DNA of 64,000 bases from an uncultured Poribacteria bacterium (GCA_958296135.2 CATQHZ020000001.1:1664001-1728000); one strand, 5' to 3'; counted from the stretch's first letter, positions 47,595-58,568 are shown. Numbers and translations: made by a program. The notes: generated by a model from the sequence alone, not told the origin.

Positions 47595-49025
47595 ATGCAA
47601 TACGATGATAAACCAAAGGACGAATGCGGCGTGTTCGGCATCTTTGGGCACCCGAGGGCGGTAGAATTAACCTATTTAGGGTTACGTGCCCTGCAGCACC
47701 GAGGGCAAGAGAGCAGCGGCATTGTTGCATCAGATGGTAAACAGCTTACGTCCCACCACGGCATGGGGCTCGTCGCCGCTGTCTTCAACAGCGATGCGCT
47801 CGCGACACTCAAAGGGCACATTGCGGTGGGGCACAATCGATATTCAACCGCCGGGGAGAGCAGCCTTGATAACGCGCAACCGCTTGTGCGGAATTATCGG
47901 CATGGCCCACTCGCGCTCGGCCACAACGGAAACCTCGTCAACGCGATACAACTCCGGGACCAGCTGGAGAATGCGGGCTCCATCTTCAGCACAACGCTAG
48001 ATACCGAGGTTGTCTTCCATCTCATCGCGCGCTCACGGCACCCTGTCCTGCAAGACCGGATAGTGGACGCGCTGCGCGCGGTGCAAGGTGCGTATTCGTT
48101 TGTGATGATGAACCAAACGATGCTGATGGGTGCCCGCGACCCGCACGGATTTCGTCCCCTGTGGCTCGGACAACTCGGCGATGCTTATGTACTAGCATCC
48201 GAGACATGCGCGCTTGATGTCATTGAGGCGACACCGATTCGGGAGGTGGAACCCGGCGAATTGGTAGTCATGCGCTCAAGCCATCGCGGCATAGAGTCCG
48301 TTCAGTTCCAACCGAAACAGACAGAATTATCGCAATGCATTTTTGAATATATCTATCTCGCGCGCCCGGACAGCATGATGTTCGGGCAAAGCGTGAACAG
48401 CAGGCGTCGCGAATTCGGCAGGCAGCTCGCTCGCGAACATCCTGTGAAGGCAGACATCGTCATCCCAGTACCAGATTCGGCGACGATTGCCGCCCTCGGC
48501 TACGCGGAAGAATCCGGCATCCCGTTCGATCTGGGGCTCTCGCGGAACGCGTTCGTCGGACGCTCTTTCATGAACCCGGCGCAGACTATCCGCGAGCTCA
48601 TGGTAAAGGTGAAACTCAATCCCATCCGCGATGTGCTAGATGGCAAACGGGTTATTGTCGTTGACGATTCCATCATGCGCGGGACAAACGGCAGGAAATT
48701 GGTAAAAATCGTCCGACAGGGGGGAGCGAAAGCGGTGCATCTTCGCATCGCATCACCGCCGAATAAATACTCATGTTTCTACGGGGTGGATACGCCTACC
48801 CGAAGCGAATTGATTGCGAGCTCGCACACCATCGAGGAAATTCGCAAATATATCCGCGCTGACAGCCTCGGCTATTTGGGGATTGAAGGGATGCTCAAGG
48901 CGATGAGCGCGCCGCATAATTTTTGCACGGCGTGTTTTGATGGGGAATATCCTATCCCTTTTGAGGCGCAACGTTCGCAGGAGCTGCAGTTGCTTGGTGA
49001 TGAAAAAAATCGCTGTCATCCGTAG
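47595..49025 (+). CDS. purF: Amidophosphoribosyltransferase (propeptide and Fe-S type)
   Basis: ECGVFG, LQHRGQE, HNGNL, VDDSIMRG, CFYG, CTACF. Confidence 0.97.
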   Translation: MQYDDKPKDECGVFGIFGHPRAVELTYLGLRALQHRGQESSGIVASDGKQLTSHHGMGLVAAVFNSDALATLKGHIAVGHNRYSTAGESSLDNAQPLVRNYRHGPLALGHNGNLVNAIQLRDQLENAGSIFSTTLDTEVVFHLIARSRHPVLQDRIVDALRAVQGAYSFVMMNQTMLMGARDPHGFRPLWLGQLGDAYVLASETCALDVIEATPIREVEPGELVVMRSSHRGIESVQFQPKQTELSQCIFEYIYLARPDSMMFGQSVNSRRREFGRQLAREHPVKADIVIPVPDSATIAALGYAEESGIPFDLGLSRNAFVGRSFMNPAQTIRELMVKVKLNPIRDVLDGKRVIVVDDSIMRGTNGRKLVKIVRQGGAKAVHLRIASPPNKYSCFYGVDTPTRSELIASSHTIEEIRKYIRADSLGYLGIEGMLKAMSAPHNFCTACFDGEYPIPFEAQRSQELQLLGDEKNRCHP

Positions 49026-49162
49026 GGCGGGGCCTGTCCTTCGCCATGCCCACGGTGAAAAAAACCGTTGTCATCCGTAGGGCGGGGGCCTGTCCCCCGC
49101 CATGCCCACGGTGAAAAAACCGTTGTCATCCGTAGGGCGGGGGCCTGTCCCCCGCCATGCCG
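49000..49162. repeat. Three ~55-bp tandem REP-containing units overlapping the purF 3' end
   Basis: gaaaaaa(a)ccgttgtcatccgtagggcgggggcctgtcccccgccatgcc x3. Confidence 0.9.
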
Positions 49163-49289
49163 CGCGCCTCGGCGAACGGTTTCAGCCCCGCGGTTTTGGC
49201 CGTTTTTCGCGCCGGACCGGCGATTGCGAGGGACAGGTTTTCCCTCGCGCTCCGTTACTTAAGCAGTGTTTTTTACTAGGAGAATTTTG

Positions 49290-49604
49290 ATGCTTATTAT
49301 CAATAATAGTGGAAACAAACGAAGACCGAGTCCGATCGGCACACCACAGGGACAGCACACACTGATTACCCTCCTCATTTGCGCTATCCTCGGCATGGTG
49401 CTCAGCCGAGTGCTTCCACCGCTTCTGCTGAAATTGCGTCCGGCGATGACAGCGGCAGCGGCGCAAGACTTGGGCGTTATGATTGCCTTAGGCATTAGCG
49501 GCATTGTGTTGGTGGTGCGACTCCTCAAACCGCCTAAAAAGAAAAAGGCCACCTCTCTTCGGGAACAATTTTTAAAGGGGCAGGGAAAATCGGATGGCAG
49601 CTAA
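49290..49604 (+). CDS. Small hypothetical membrane protein
   Basis: GGAG RBS, two TM segments, overlaps the purM start. Confidence 0.6.
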   Translation: MLIINNSGNKRRPSPIGTPQGQHTLITLLICAILGMVLSRVLPPLLLKLRPAMTAAAAQDLGVMIALGISGIVLVVRLLKPPKKKKATSLREQFLKGQGKSDGS

Positions 49605-50628
49605 AAAACCGTTGACTTATGCCGATGCCGGCGTTTCATTTGAGGCAGAAGCGGAGGCGATAGCGCGCCTCAAAGGGTTAGTCCAAACGACATACCGGCC
49701 CGAAGTCCTCAGCGATGTCGGCAGTTTCGGCGGGCTCTTTGCCCTCGGCTCGTATCAACAGCCGGTCCTCGTCTCCAGCACGGATAGCGTCGGCACAAAA
49801 CTGAAAGTCGCGTTTAAAGCGGACCGGCACGACACCGTAGGGTTTGACATCGTCGCGCATTGCGGGAATGACATCGTCGTGCAGGGTGCAGAACCGCTCT
49901 TTTTTCTGGACTACATCGGCATTAGCAAGGTGGAGCCTGCCGTTATTGAACAGATTATCAGCGGCCTTGCAGCGGGATGCCGCGAGACCGGGTGCGCGCT
50001 CATCGGCGGGGAAATTGCCGAACTGCCAGAACTATATACCCCCGGAGAATATGACCTGGTTGGCACCATCGTCGGTGTAGTCGAGAAAACAGCTGTCATC
50101 ACCGGCGGTGCGATTGAACCGGGCGACATCCTCATCGGCTTGGGCTCCGCAGGCTTGCATACTAACGGCTTCTCGCTAGCGCGACGCATCGTGTTCGACC
50201 GGTGCAACTACGGCGTTGACACCTATCTGCCCGAACTCTCTGCTACGCTTGGAGAGGAACTGCTGAAGCCGCACAAGAGTTACGTCGCGTCCATTCTGGC
50301 ACTCCGCAAGGTATGCGATGTGAAGGGGCTCGCGCATATTACCGGCGGCGGACTGCCGGGGAACGTGCAGCGCATTCTGCCAGAGGGATGCATAGCTCAG
50401 ATTCGGAAAGGCACATGGAATATGCCGCCGGTTTTTCCGTTTTTACAACAGAAAGGCGGCGTTGCAGAGGAAGAGATGTATCGCGTTTTCAACATGGGCA
50501 TCGGCATGGTAATCGCGCTCGCGCCCGATGCTGTTGATGCTGCCCTTGCATCCCTCAACGCGTCCGGGGAGTCCGTTTACCAACTCGGTGAGGTACTTGC
50601 CGGCGGAAAGGGGGTGCGGTGTGTCTGA
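49594..50628 (+). CDS. purM: Phosphoribosylformylglycinamidine cyclo-ligase
   Basis: YADAGV, GSFGGLF, DSVGTK, GAEPLFFLDY, HITGGG, FNMGIG. Confidence 0.97.
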   Translation: MAAKKPLTYADAGVSFEAEAEAIARLKGLVQTTYRPEVLSDVGSFGGLFALGSYQQPVLVSSTDSVGTKLKVAFKADRHDTVGFDIVAHCGNDIVVQGAEPLFFLDYIGISKVEPAVIEQIISGLAAGCRETGCALIGGEIAELPELYTPGEYDLVGTIVGVVEKTAVITGGAIEPGDILIGLGSAGLHTNGFSLARRIVFDRCNYGVDTYLPELSATLGEELLKPHKSYVASILALRKVCDVKGLAHITGGGLPGNVQRILPEGCIAQIRKGTWNMPPVFPFLQQKGGVAEEEMYRVFNMGIGMVIALAPDAVDAALASLNASGESVYQLGEVLAGGKGVRCV

Positions 50629-51319
50629 TACCCAAGAATTGGAGACGCTGCTTGACGAAATACATCCGCAGGTGATTTTGGCGGCGTTTCAGACAGTAGA
50701 TGATGCCGATGCCGCGCTCTTTTTGCTGATGCTCAAAACTGCCTCCGATGCGCTCGCCGCGCACGCCGGGAAGATTTTCGCGCAGCTGCCTTTCGAGAAA
50801 CAGGTGAGCATCGCCGAAAAGGTGATTGCGATGGAGATTGTCGAATCCGAACGCGCGCAGCAACTCTGGCACACCCTGGTCGCGAAGATTAAGGAATCCC
50901 GCGAACAGACGTTATTTTTAGGCGAAGGCACAGAAAATCTAGCGAAACTGCTCTCGCACGCTGACATCGCTACGCAAAACCGGCTGTTGGAGGTGCTAGG
51001 AGAAAGACAGCCGGAAGTGGTGAACAGCGTCACGGAACAACTGTTCACCTTTGATGAATTGGCGCGCTTGGGAGATGAGGCGATAGTCACTATCCTGCAG
51101 GTGCTGGACACCTCCACGTTAGCTCTGGCCTTGCACGGTGCTCCCCCGGCGATTCGGGATAGGTTCGTTGAGAACATGTCGGCATCGCAAGCGGAGGCGA
51201 TTGAGGCAGAAACGGCGCAGTTGACGTTTGAACAAACGCAGATAGTTGACACGGCACGACAGTCAATTGTGACTTTGGTGCGCAACTTCGCGGCGAAAGG
51301 AATGCTGAAACTCCAATGA
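50621..51319 (+). CDS. FliG middle/C-terminal-domain-like protein
   Basis: EIHPQVI (cf. EHPQ), LFTFDELARLGDEAIVTIL..LALALHGA...NMS; GTG overlaps the purM end. Confidence 0.7.
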   Translation: MSDTQELETLLDEIHPQVILAAFQTVDDADAALFLLMLKTASDALAAHAGKIFAQLPFEKQVSIAEKVIAMEIVESERAQQLWHTLVAKIKESREQTLFLGEGTENLAKLLSHADIATQNRLLEVLGERQPEVVNSVTEQLFTFDELARLGDEAIVTILQVLDTSTLALALHGAPPAIRDRFVENMSASQAEAIEAETAQLTFEQTQIVDTARQSIVTLVRNFAAKGMLKLQ

Positions 51320-51364
51320 AAGACGGCCCGGGGCCTGTAAAGGCATGGGCAGTCTCTGGGTTCA

Positions 51365-51996
51365 CTAATCTTCCAACCTGAATTTAAAAGGAATCTGAAC
51401 CGTGACGCTCACCGGTTTTCCTACTTTCATGGCAGGAATAAAAGCGGATTTGCGCAATGCAGCGATTGCCGCCGCCTCAAATCCGATCCGAAGCCGAGGT
51501 TTGTCATCCCTACGATGTCCTGGGGAATACCATTCTCATCAATAGTGGCTTGCAGCATGACAGTGCCTTCCTTTCCCGCGCGCCTCGCGGGTGGCGGATA
51601 AGCAGGTTTCACTACGTTCTTAAACTTCGGGGTAGGTATCTTCTCTCCCCAAGTCTGACACAAGCCACCCCGGTAAATTAGGATGTTTCTTCGGCAAGCC
51701 AGGGCAGATCTTCTTAAACTGCGAGCCTTGCGAACGCTTCGGCCCGAAGTGAGTCGGCTTTCTTTTCATTTTCGGGGGAGCCTCTGGCCGTTGCAACTTC
51801 CTGTTGGGCTCTATCCGCCTCTGCCTGTCTGTTGTTGATGGGCCCGGGACATTCCAGTGTTGCGGGCTAACGCGCCCTTCATTTAATCTTGGTTCGTATC
51901 AAGCGACATCTTCTTTAACGGCTTGACACACCTCGGCCTTTTACGTTCTGTCCGACGCTGTTGGAGATGGGCGACGATACTAGAACTTCTCCTCAT
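51365..51996 (-). pseudogene. Decayed tandem duplicate of the adjacent tonB
   Basis: Both ends match tonB (start context, RRVKPLKKM, RAGKEGTV.LQATIDENG, IPF.F.LED); internal deletions and a 5-nt duplication frameshift at ~51482. Confidence 0.85.
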
Positions 51997-52083
51997 CTCT
52001 TTTTTCGCCTGTCGTGTGCGATGCCGGACAGCCTGCGACATGGCGAGGACCAGGTCTTCCTCGCCCTACGACTGCCGGTCCGC

Positions 52084-53034
52084 CTAATCCTCTAAGGTGA
52101 ACTCAAAAGGAATCTGGACCGTTTTGCTCACGGGCTTTCCACGCTGCATGGCTGGGATGAAAGTGGATTTCCGCAATGCCGCAATCGCTGCATCTTCAAA
52201 TCCGAAGCCTAGATTGGTGACTGGCACGATATCCTGGGCGATGCCGTTCTCATCAATAGTGGCTTGCAAAATCACGGTGCCTTCCTTGCCGGCGCGCTTG
52301 GCGGTTTTCGGATAAACCGGCTTCAGTTTGTATTTGAACTTCGGGTTGGTTCCCTTAGGTCCGAGCTCGATATCCCCAACGTTCAAATCCTGCGCGTCAT
52401 CTGCCGCGATAGGTTCAACCTTGTCAAGCAGCGATTCTGTCGAACGATCTGGTGCGAATTCAAGAGGCTTTATCGCTACTTCTTGTGCCCCCGTGGGCCG
52501 CTCAAGTCCTTTCCCAAAATCGATACCCTTCAGGCCACCCGTTGTTGATGGACCCGGGACATCCACCGTGGCATCCGGAGCCTGATCGATGGTGAACCCC
52601 GTATTCGCTAACGGCAGCGTGGTAGTCGTCTGCACCGGCTTCCGCTGAATGACCTGGGTTTCCTGCTGTTTCGTCTTGAACGTCTGCTTCGGTTTCGCTC
52701 GGAACCGGCGTTTAGTGGCCGCATTTTCTTTCACGACGAAAACACCACTGAACGTTTCTGTCTCGGAGACTACCCGGTCGGCGATGTAGTAGACGCTGAT
52801 AATGAACGCAACAATGACATGAAACGCCACGGACACCGTGAGTGCAGTGGAGTTGCGGCCTGCTGTTTTTTGCAGCGTGATCGGCGCGCTCATGGGGTGC
52901 GCCTGCACCTCGGACACAGCACTTCTCTGGTTCGCATTAAGCGCCATCTTCTTCAACGGCTTGACACGTCTCGGCTTTTTACGTTCCGCCCGACGCTGCT
53001 GGAGATGGGCGACAATGCCGGAACTTCTACTCAT
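52084..53034 (-). CDS. tonB: Energy transducer TonB
   Basis: SVAFH TM motif; PVYPKTAKRAGKEGTV...FIPAMQRGKPV TonB_C. Confidence 0.88.
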   Translation of the reverse strand: MSRSSGIVAHLQQRRAERKKPRRVKPLKKMALNANQRSAVSEVQAHPMSAPITLQKTAGRNSTALTVSVAFHVIVAFIISVYYIADRVVSETETFSGVFVVKENAATKRRFRAKPKQTFKTKQQETQVIQRKPVQTTTTLPLANTGFTIDQAPDATVDVPGPSTTGGLKGIDFGKGLERPTGAQEVAIKPLEFAPDRSTESLLDKVEPIAADDAQDLNVGDIELGPKGTNPKFKYKLKPVYPKTAKRAGKEGTVILQATIDENGIAQDIVPVTNLGFGFEDAAIAALRKSTFIPAMQRGKPVSKTVQIPFEFTLED

Positions 53035-53150
53035 CTCTTTTTCCTCCTATAGTTCTAATGCGCGATATCGGAACCTGCGATTTATAAGTATTCAACGTCA
53101 CAATTCGCAAAAGGTTTACGCATACGCGCGAATTTCTCCACGCTTGCACA

Positions 53151-53179
53151 ATTGTATCACTTTTCCGTTATTTTGTCAA
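53151..53179 (-). promoter_or_regulatory. sigma70-type promoter of tonB
   Basis: TTGACA-17-TACAAT with TG extension. Confidence 0.7.
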
Positions 53180-53610
53180 ATCTTTTTTATTTTTATTTGG
53201 AGTTTGCGCTCGCCCATCGCAAACAGTGAAAATCGATGCAGGAAGAGGGACGAGCGGGAATGGGAGAGAAGACCAGGGAAACCCGGTCTCCTTGACACGG
53301 GCAGGCTCAGGCAATCCTGCTCTATAGGGCGGGGGCCTGCTGTTCATTTTCTTGAGGATATCAAAGACAGAAAACTGAATGCCTCTGATTCTGCAACGGA
53401 GCGATTTAGTTTTTCATTTGGCGCGTTCCCCGCCCGCGTTGTTCGGGCTCACCTGAAGAGAAAAAAGAAATCGGTTCATTTTGACTGCTGGGCGGATAGA
53501 GACATCCGCCCTTACAGACGAGGACAGCCGGCACGCGTCTGGCCCTGTCAGACAGGTTCAGCTCAGGCGAGCACCACCTACAAAGGCCGGGGGCTCGCCG
53601 TCCAATTATG

Positions 53611-55827
53611 CTAAAGATTCCACCAATACGTGAATTTCCCCACTACCGTTGAATCTAGCAGGGCCGCCTTCGTGGTTCTGTCCGTATCGTAAGTCTGATT
53701 GAAAACTAAATAGAAATCGCTTCCCGGACGGTAAATGTAGTTAATCAGGAAGTTTGTCGACACCACCTGCGCGTCGGTGTTCCACTGTGCGAAGAGTTTG
53801 GCGAAGAGACTCGTGGAGAACGAATAGTTGAACCGGCTCGTGAAGAGGTTCGCGTCAAAATCGCCTGCGGGGAGGGTGACGCGGTTAAATTGGTAGAACG
53901 CCTCTAGACTCATCTGACCGGTCGGTTTTAGCGTCATGTGCACATAGAACTTCCGTATGTCGCCGTTATAGAAATTCCCCAACTCAAACCCGGTTGTGGT
54001 ATTGAACGGCCGGCTGTCGCTCGTGGAAATTCGTCCGCCGAACCCGCTGTATTGATAGTCGCCGATGGGGATAATCACGTCATCGCGAATCTCAAAATCT
54101 GCGTCAAGCCGCTCAAACTCCCGTTTCGCAAATAACATAAGGGAGTCGCCTGATGAGAAACTGAACCACTGCGTGTTGTTCACCTCCCACTGCTCCAATT
54201 CGTTATCCTGATTGAAGACCAGGTCGATTTCGGGTCCCGAGTAAATTTCACGGATGCCGTATTTCTGTGGTCTGGGGGCCCAACGGAATTGTCCTTGCAC
54301 GCGTCGGATGCCGCTTTGCCGGACATAACCCACTGCCGGGTTGAAATCCTCGTCAATATCGGTGTAAGAACCTGACGCGCGGAAAATGTCGTTCCGCCAG
54401 CGGGTGCCGAGATACCACGCATTATTTTTCCCAGACATTCCAGGTTCAAACGTCCGGGACCACATGCCGCGCACATCCAGCCTGTTGCTTGGCCGGTATT
54501 CAAAATCCACACCGCCGGCGCGATTGTAATCGCCGATTTCATCTTTGTTAACAGCAATCATGCCGATGCGCGAGCCGGAGGCGACATCCTTGGTAATCCG
54601 CATCACCGAATAGTTGGTGCGCGGAATTTCAACCAGTTCGTCAGTCCCATCATCGAAGAATTCATCGGTAAGCACGTTGAGAAACCCCACGCCGTAGGAG
54701 CCAACTTTGCCGGTGGATTTTCCGCCGAAGATAATCGGGATTGCGTTGCCTTGTGCGAGTCCGATGCGCCGGCTATAGAAGAGTAACATCGGCGGCGGCC
54801 GTCGGAAACTGCTCCGCGGCACCCCGAAATCAAACAACCCCGCGCCTTCTAAAAAGAAGGGACGCTTTTCTGGAAAAAAGAGGCTAAATCGGGTGAGGTT
54901 TACCTGCTCCTGGTCTGCCTCAACTTGTGCAAAGTCGGTGTTATAGGTGATATCGGCGATGAGGTTTGAGGTGATGCCGTATTTCGCGTCAAATCCCACC
55001 TTGAATTCGCGCGTCGTCTGCAGCAAGTCTCCGTCGCCATTTGCCTGCGTGATGCCGGGTAGCACATACGGTAGGACTTCCAGGTGACGCGAGGGCGCGA
55101 TACCCTCCAAACCGACAAGCGAACCGACATTCGCTGTCCGATACTTCGCCAGGCCGCCATAAGAGGCGGGAACCGGGGCCCAGATGGACTCCTCCTGGTT
55201 CCGCGGGAGCTCGCGTCCCACATTGATGCCCCATACCATCGGCTCGCGTTTATTAAAGCGGAGTTGACTGAACGGAATGCTGAACTCCAACGTCCAATAC
55301 CCATCGTTGATTTTCGCTTTGCATTTGACGATGGCATCCCAGTCGGTATTGAACGTGTCGCCGCTGTTCGTCACGGCTCTGTCCTGTATCGCGCCGAGGG
55401 CGTTCATGCGGAAGAAAAACCCGCTCCGTTTGTCGTTATAGGTATCCAACAGTAGAAAGACGTTGTCGTTCTCGTGTATGTCGCGGGCATCGCGGCGCAT
55501 CTCGTTCGCAATGAGTTTTGACATATCGGAGTCGTAGCAGGTAAATCCAAAATAGATATTCTCGTTATCGTAGAGGATGCGCACCTCCATCGGTTCGGTG
55601 AGGGCTTCGCCTTCATACGGTTCAATCTGCGCGAATCGCGTCATCGGTTCGGCGTTCTGCCAATCCGATTCGCCCAGGTCTCCGTCAATCTCAATGCTCT
55701 GGTATGTGCGATATGCTTCTGTCTGGTAGCCGTTTGCTTCAGCCTGCGCGCCGAGAGCAACGATGCACAGCAGCACGCCCATGCATAAGGCGATTCTAGC
55801 TGGTAAAGAAGATAGATAGTCGTCCAA
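53611..55827 (-). CDS. CBM9-like plus DUF5916 outer-membrane protein
   Basis: IDGDLGESDW, NTDFAQVEAD..VNLTRFSLFFPEKRPFFLEG; AGGAGG before TTG 55827. Confidence 0.88.
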   Translation of the reverse strand: MDDYLSSLPARIALCMGVLLCIVALGAQAEANGYQTEAYRTYQSIEIDGDLGESDWQNAEPMTRFAQIEPYEGEALTEPMEVRILYDNENIYFGFTCYDSDMSKLIANEMRRDARDIHENDNVFLLLDTYNDKRSGFFFRMNALGAIQDRAVTNSGDTFNTDWDAIVKCKAKINDGYWTLEFSIPFSQLRFNKREPMVWGINVGRELPRNQEESIWAPVPASYGGLAKYRTANVGSLVGLEGIAPSRHLEVLPYVLPGITQANGDGDLLQTTREFKVGFDAKYGITSNLIADITYNTDFAQVEADQEQVNLTRFSLFFPEKRPFFLEGAGLFDFGVPRSSFRRPPPMLLFYSRRIGLAQGNAIPIIFGGKSTGKVGSYGVGFLNVLTDEFFDDGTDELVEIPRTNYSVMRITKDVASGSRIGMIAVNKDEIGDYNRAGGVDFEYRPSNRLDVRGMWSRTFEPGMSGKNNAWYLGTRWRNDIFRASGSYTDIDEDFNPAVGYVRQSGIRRVQGQFRWAPRPQKYGIREIYSGPEIDLVFNQDNELEQWEVNNTQWFSFSSGDSLMLFAKREFERLDADFEIRDDVIIPIGDYQYSGFGGRISTSDSRPFNTTTGFELGNFYNGDIRKFYVHMTLKPTGQMSLEAFYQFNRVTLPAGDFDANLFTSRFNYSFSTSLFAKLFAQWNTDAQVVSTNFLINYIYRPGSDFYLVFNQTYDTDRTTKAALLDSTVVGKFTYWWNL

Positions 55828-56270
55828 AAAAGTGCCTCCTGCGGATAAAAATGGTAAGGGCAAATTTCTATATCCGCCCGTAGTTGGCGGAAAAATTACC
55901 CGTTTGTTTACTGAATCTTCATCTGATTTCGCCGTGCTTGGGAACTGGCGAGCTCCATCTACAGACGGTGATTTCGTCGCAATTAATTTTTAGACGCAAA
56001 AGAGGCAAATTGGGTTAATAATTTTTTTACCACAACTTGTAAGGGCGGCAATTTTTCCAATAGGCGCGATTTGATGAAGTTTAAAAAAGAAATCGGTTCA
56101 TTCCAACAGACAGGCGGATATAGACATCCGCCTTTACACTCGGGTGCAATGCGCGCGGAGACGCTGCACACTGCCCGAAAAAATTGTCCTATTGAATACA
56201 GAATTTTCATGCAAGTGCTTGTGCCAGAACGAGAGCGGTTGAAAACCGCGCATACCGGGTTTGTTTTGTG

Positions 56271-58379
56271 TTAAAATTCCAATGACACCGCCAAAAACGG
56301 CAGGATGGGCAATTGATAATTCGGCACCTCTTCAGTAAAGCCGCTGTCGTAACGGACTTGGAAGAAATTGGCGCGGTTATAGACGTTCCAGATTTCAAGG
56401 CTAACCTTCAATTTTAGCAAGTCGCCGAGCGGCCTGGCGTATGCCATCGACAGGTCCAAGCGGTGATACGGTGCAGTCCGTTTCTGCGCCGCGTAAATCG
56501 GCACCCACTTTTTCTCTTGCGTAAAGGGATTGGTATACCGTTCGCGCCCGGCAAGTGGTGCGTAGAGAGCCCCACTCATATATTGCCACTTTGCGCCGAT
56601 GTGCCACGATGCATTGCTGTAGCGCGCCGCCGCTGTCACCGAATGTGGTTTGTTGTAAGAATAGAGCCGCTCCGCTTCCGCCGGAAAATCGCGCCGCTTG
56701 GATACGGTGTTGGCATACGCCACCCACATCTCAAACGCCGCCGAAATTTTGTGCTGGAGTGACACTTCAACCCCTCGCGCGAAGCCGCCTTGGGCGTTCT
56801 GATATTGTCTGGCAATTTTGTTGTAAACAATCAGATCGCGGAGGTTTTTGTAGTAGCCGGCGAGATATATCTTCGTTTGGGAAGCGAGCTCCTGTTCCAA
56901 TTCCACGACATAATGCGTCGCGTGGCTCGGAGTCAAAAACAGATTGCTATTGCCAAGTACCGCCTGATCTAGCCGTGGACTCTGTGCATAGCGGCCGTAA
57001 CTGACGTGCAGGGAGGCATCTGAACTGAGCGCGAAGCTGAGCGACCCGCGCGGCTGAAGGGATAGGCTGTCTATCAGATTAAAGTAACTCAGGCGCGCGC
57101 CTGCCGTGCCAGATAAAAACGATAGCGGCTGATGGCGCGCCTGCACATATCCCTCAAAACGGTGAAGGGCTGCGGTTTCAATAACGGAGACTTTTTTGCC
57201 GCCGCGCCGAATCCTGTACTCGTAGTCCACGTCACCCTCTTCCACCCGGCGCGCGCCATCGCTGATAAGCGTCGTTGGGCTGCTGGAAAGCAGAAATCCG
57301 AACTCTACATCGGTATGGCCAGAAGCGGCGTAGGTTAAATCGTTGCGGAGAGCATAGTCAGACGCAGCATCGCGATAGAAATATCCCTCGCCAAACGCCA
57401 ACTCCTGTTCCGAAAACGAACGGGTGAGCGACACAATTGAACGCAACTCCGGGGAAAACTGCGAGTAGAGGTGAACTCCTTGAACGTCGAAGGGGTTATC
57501 GGAATCGACTTCCCCTCTGAGGTCACTCTCGTGTGTCTCTCTCGCGCTCAGTTCTAATTTGGAGGAATCATACGCCGAGACCGCGTTGATAACAACGCCA
57601 TGCGTGCTGTTCAGTTTGTAAACGCCTTTGAACTGATAGCTCCAGAAACTCGGCACCTCTCGCACCGGGTCATCCAACTCTACTAGCTGCGAGGCCAACT
57701 CGTAAAATGGCCCTAGATAACTACGTCTGCCGAAGGCATACCAATACCCGTGGCCGGGCACCTCATTTTCGAGGAATTCGGCATCTGTGGAAACTTGGAC
57801 TGGATGGCGAGGGACAGGCCCTCGCGCCACGTTTGTAGCGACGTTACGTGCTATTTTTCCACCTAAGAATGCTTCGGAATAGATAGGATTAACCTTCACT
57901 GTCCCGTGGGGCATCCATCTCCCGGGCGCGATTTTCGGACGGGAATGGATGTCAATCACCGCCTGTGAATCCGCGCCGAACTTCGCGTCAAACCCACCCG
58001 GATAAACGTCAATCCGTTCAATAACATCGGCACTGACGACAGAGACAATGCCGAGTAGATGATACGGAAATCGCAAGGGCAGCCGGTCGAAATAATAACG
58101 GTTATCGCCGGGCGCGCCGCCTCGGACAGAGAGTATTCCCATGAAATCGTTCAGTGGGCCGATGCTCGGATGGAGCGTAATGGCCCGAAACGGATCATCT
58201 GCACTGCCCGGGATATCCTGTAGCATTTCTGCGCCCATCGTCCGCGGATTTTTGCCGAGTCGCTGCGCCACAATTTCAATGGGGGCAAGTTGATGCATGT
58301 CAGCATCCGTTTCGGTGTCGTTTTGCGCGAAGGCCACCATCGGAATGATGAGCATGAGTAAGGTTAAATGAGACTTCAT
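56271..58379 (-). CDS. TonB-dependent receptor
   Basis: Plug VRGG..DN.YYFD, IERIDVYPGGF; YHRLDL, NVYNR, terminal F. Confidence 0.9.
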   Translation of the reverse strand: MKSHLTLLMLIIPMVAFAQNDTETDADMHQLAPIEIVAQRLGKNPRTMGAEMLQDIPGSADDPFRAITLHPSIGPLNDFMGILSVRGGAPGDNRYYFDRLPLRFPYHLLGIVSVVSADVIERIDVYPGGFDAKFGADSQAVIDIHSRPKIAPGRWMPHGTVKVNPIYSEAFLGGKIARNVATNVARGPVPRHPVQVSTDAEFLENEVPGHGYWYAFGRRSYLGPFYELASQLVELDDPVREVPSFWSYQFKGVYKLNSTHGVVINAVSAYDSSKLELSARETHESDLRGEVDSDNPFDVQGVHLYSQFSPELRSIVSLTRSFSEQELAFGEGYFYRDAASDYALRNDLTYAASGHTDVEFGFLLSSSPTTLISDGARRVEEGDVDYEYRIRRGGKKVSVIETAALHRFEGYVQARHQPLSFLSGTAGARLSYFNLIDSLSLQPRGSLSFALSSDASLHVSYGRYAQSPRLDQAVLGNSNLFLTPSHATHYVVELEQELASQTKIYLAGYYKNLRDLIVYNKIARQYQNAQGGFARGVEVSLQHKISAAFEMWVAYANTVSKRRDFPAEAERLYSYNKPHSVTAAARYSNASWHIGAKWQYMSGALYAPLAGRERYTNPFTQEKKWVPIYAAQKRTAPYHRLDLSMAYARPLGDLLKLKVSLEIWNVYNRANFFQVRYDSGFTEEVPNYQLPILPFLAVSLEF

Positions 58380-58568
58380 CTAATCTAGACCTGGTTGGGC
58401 TCCCGTTATCACTGACATCGGCGGGTTGCGAGCCCGAACTACAGAATTTGCCAATTTCATTAAGTATCGCGTATCTGAAAAGGTTTGTCAAGTCAAAGTT
58501 CGTAGGGCAAACTCGCCTGAGCTTGGACCCCGTTGAGCGTGCGAGTTCCTGAAGAAGTCAGGCTCGGA

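Noticed and set aside
52838-53614. 258-aa plus-strand ORF
   Set aside because: Overlaps tonB antisense and crosses its promoter and repeats; not protein-like
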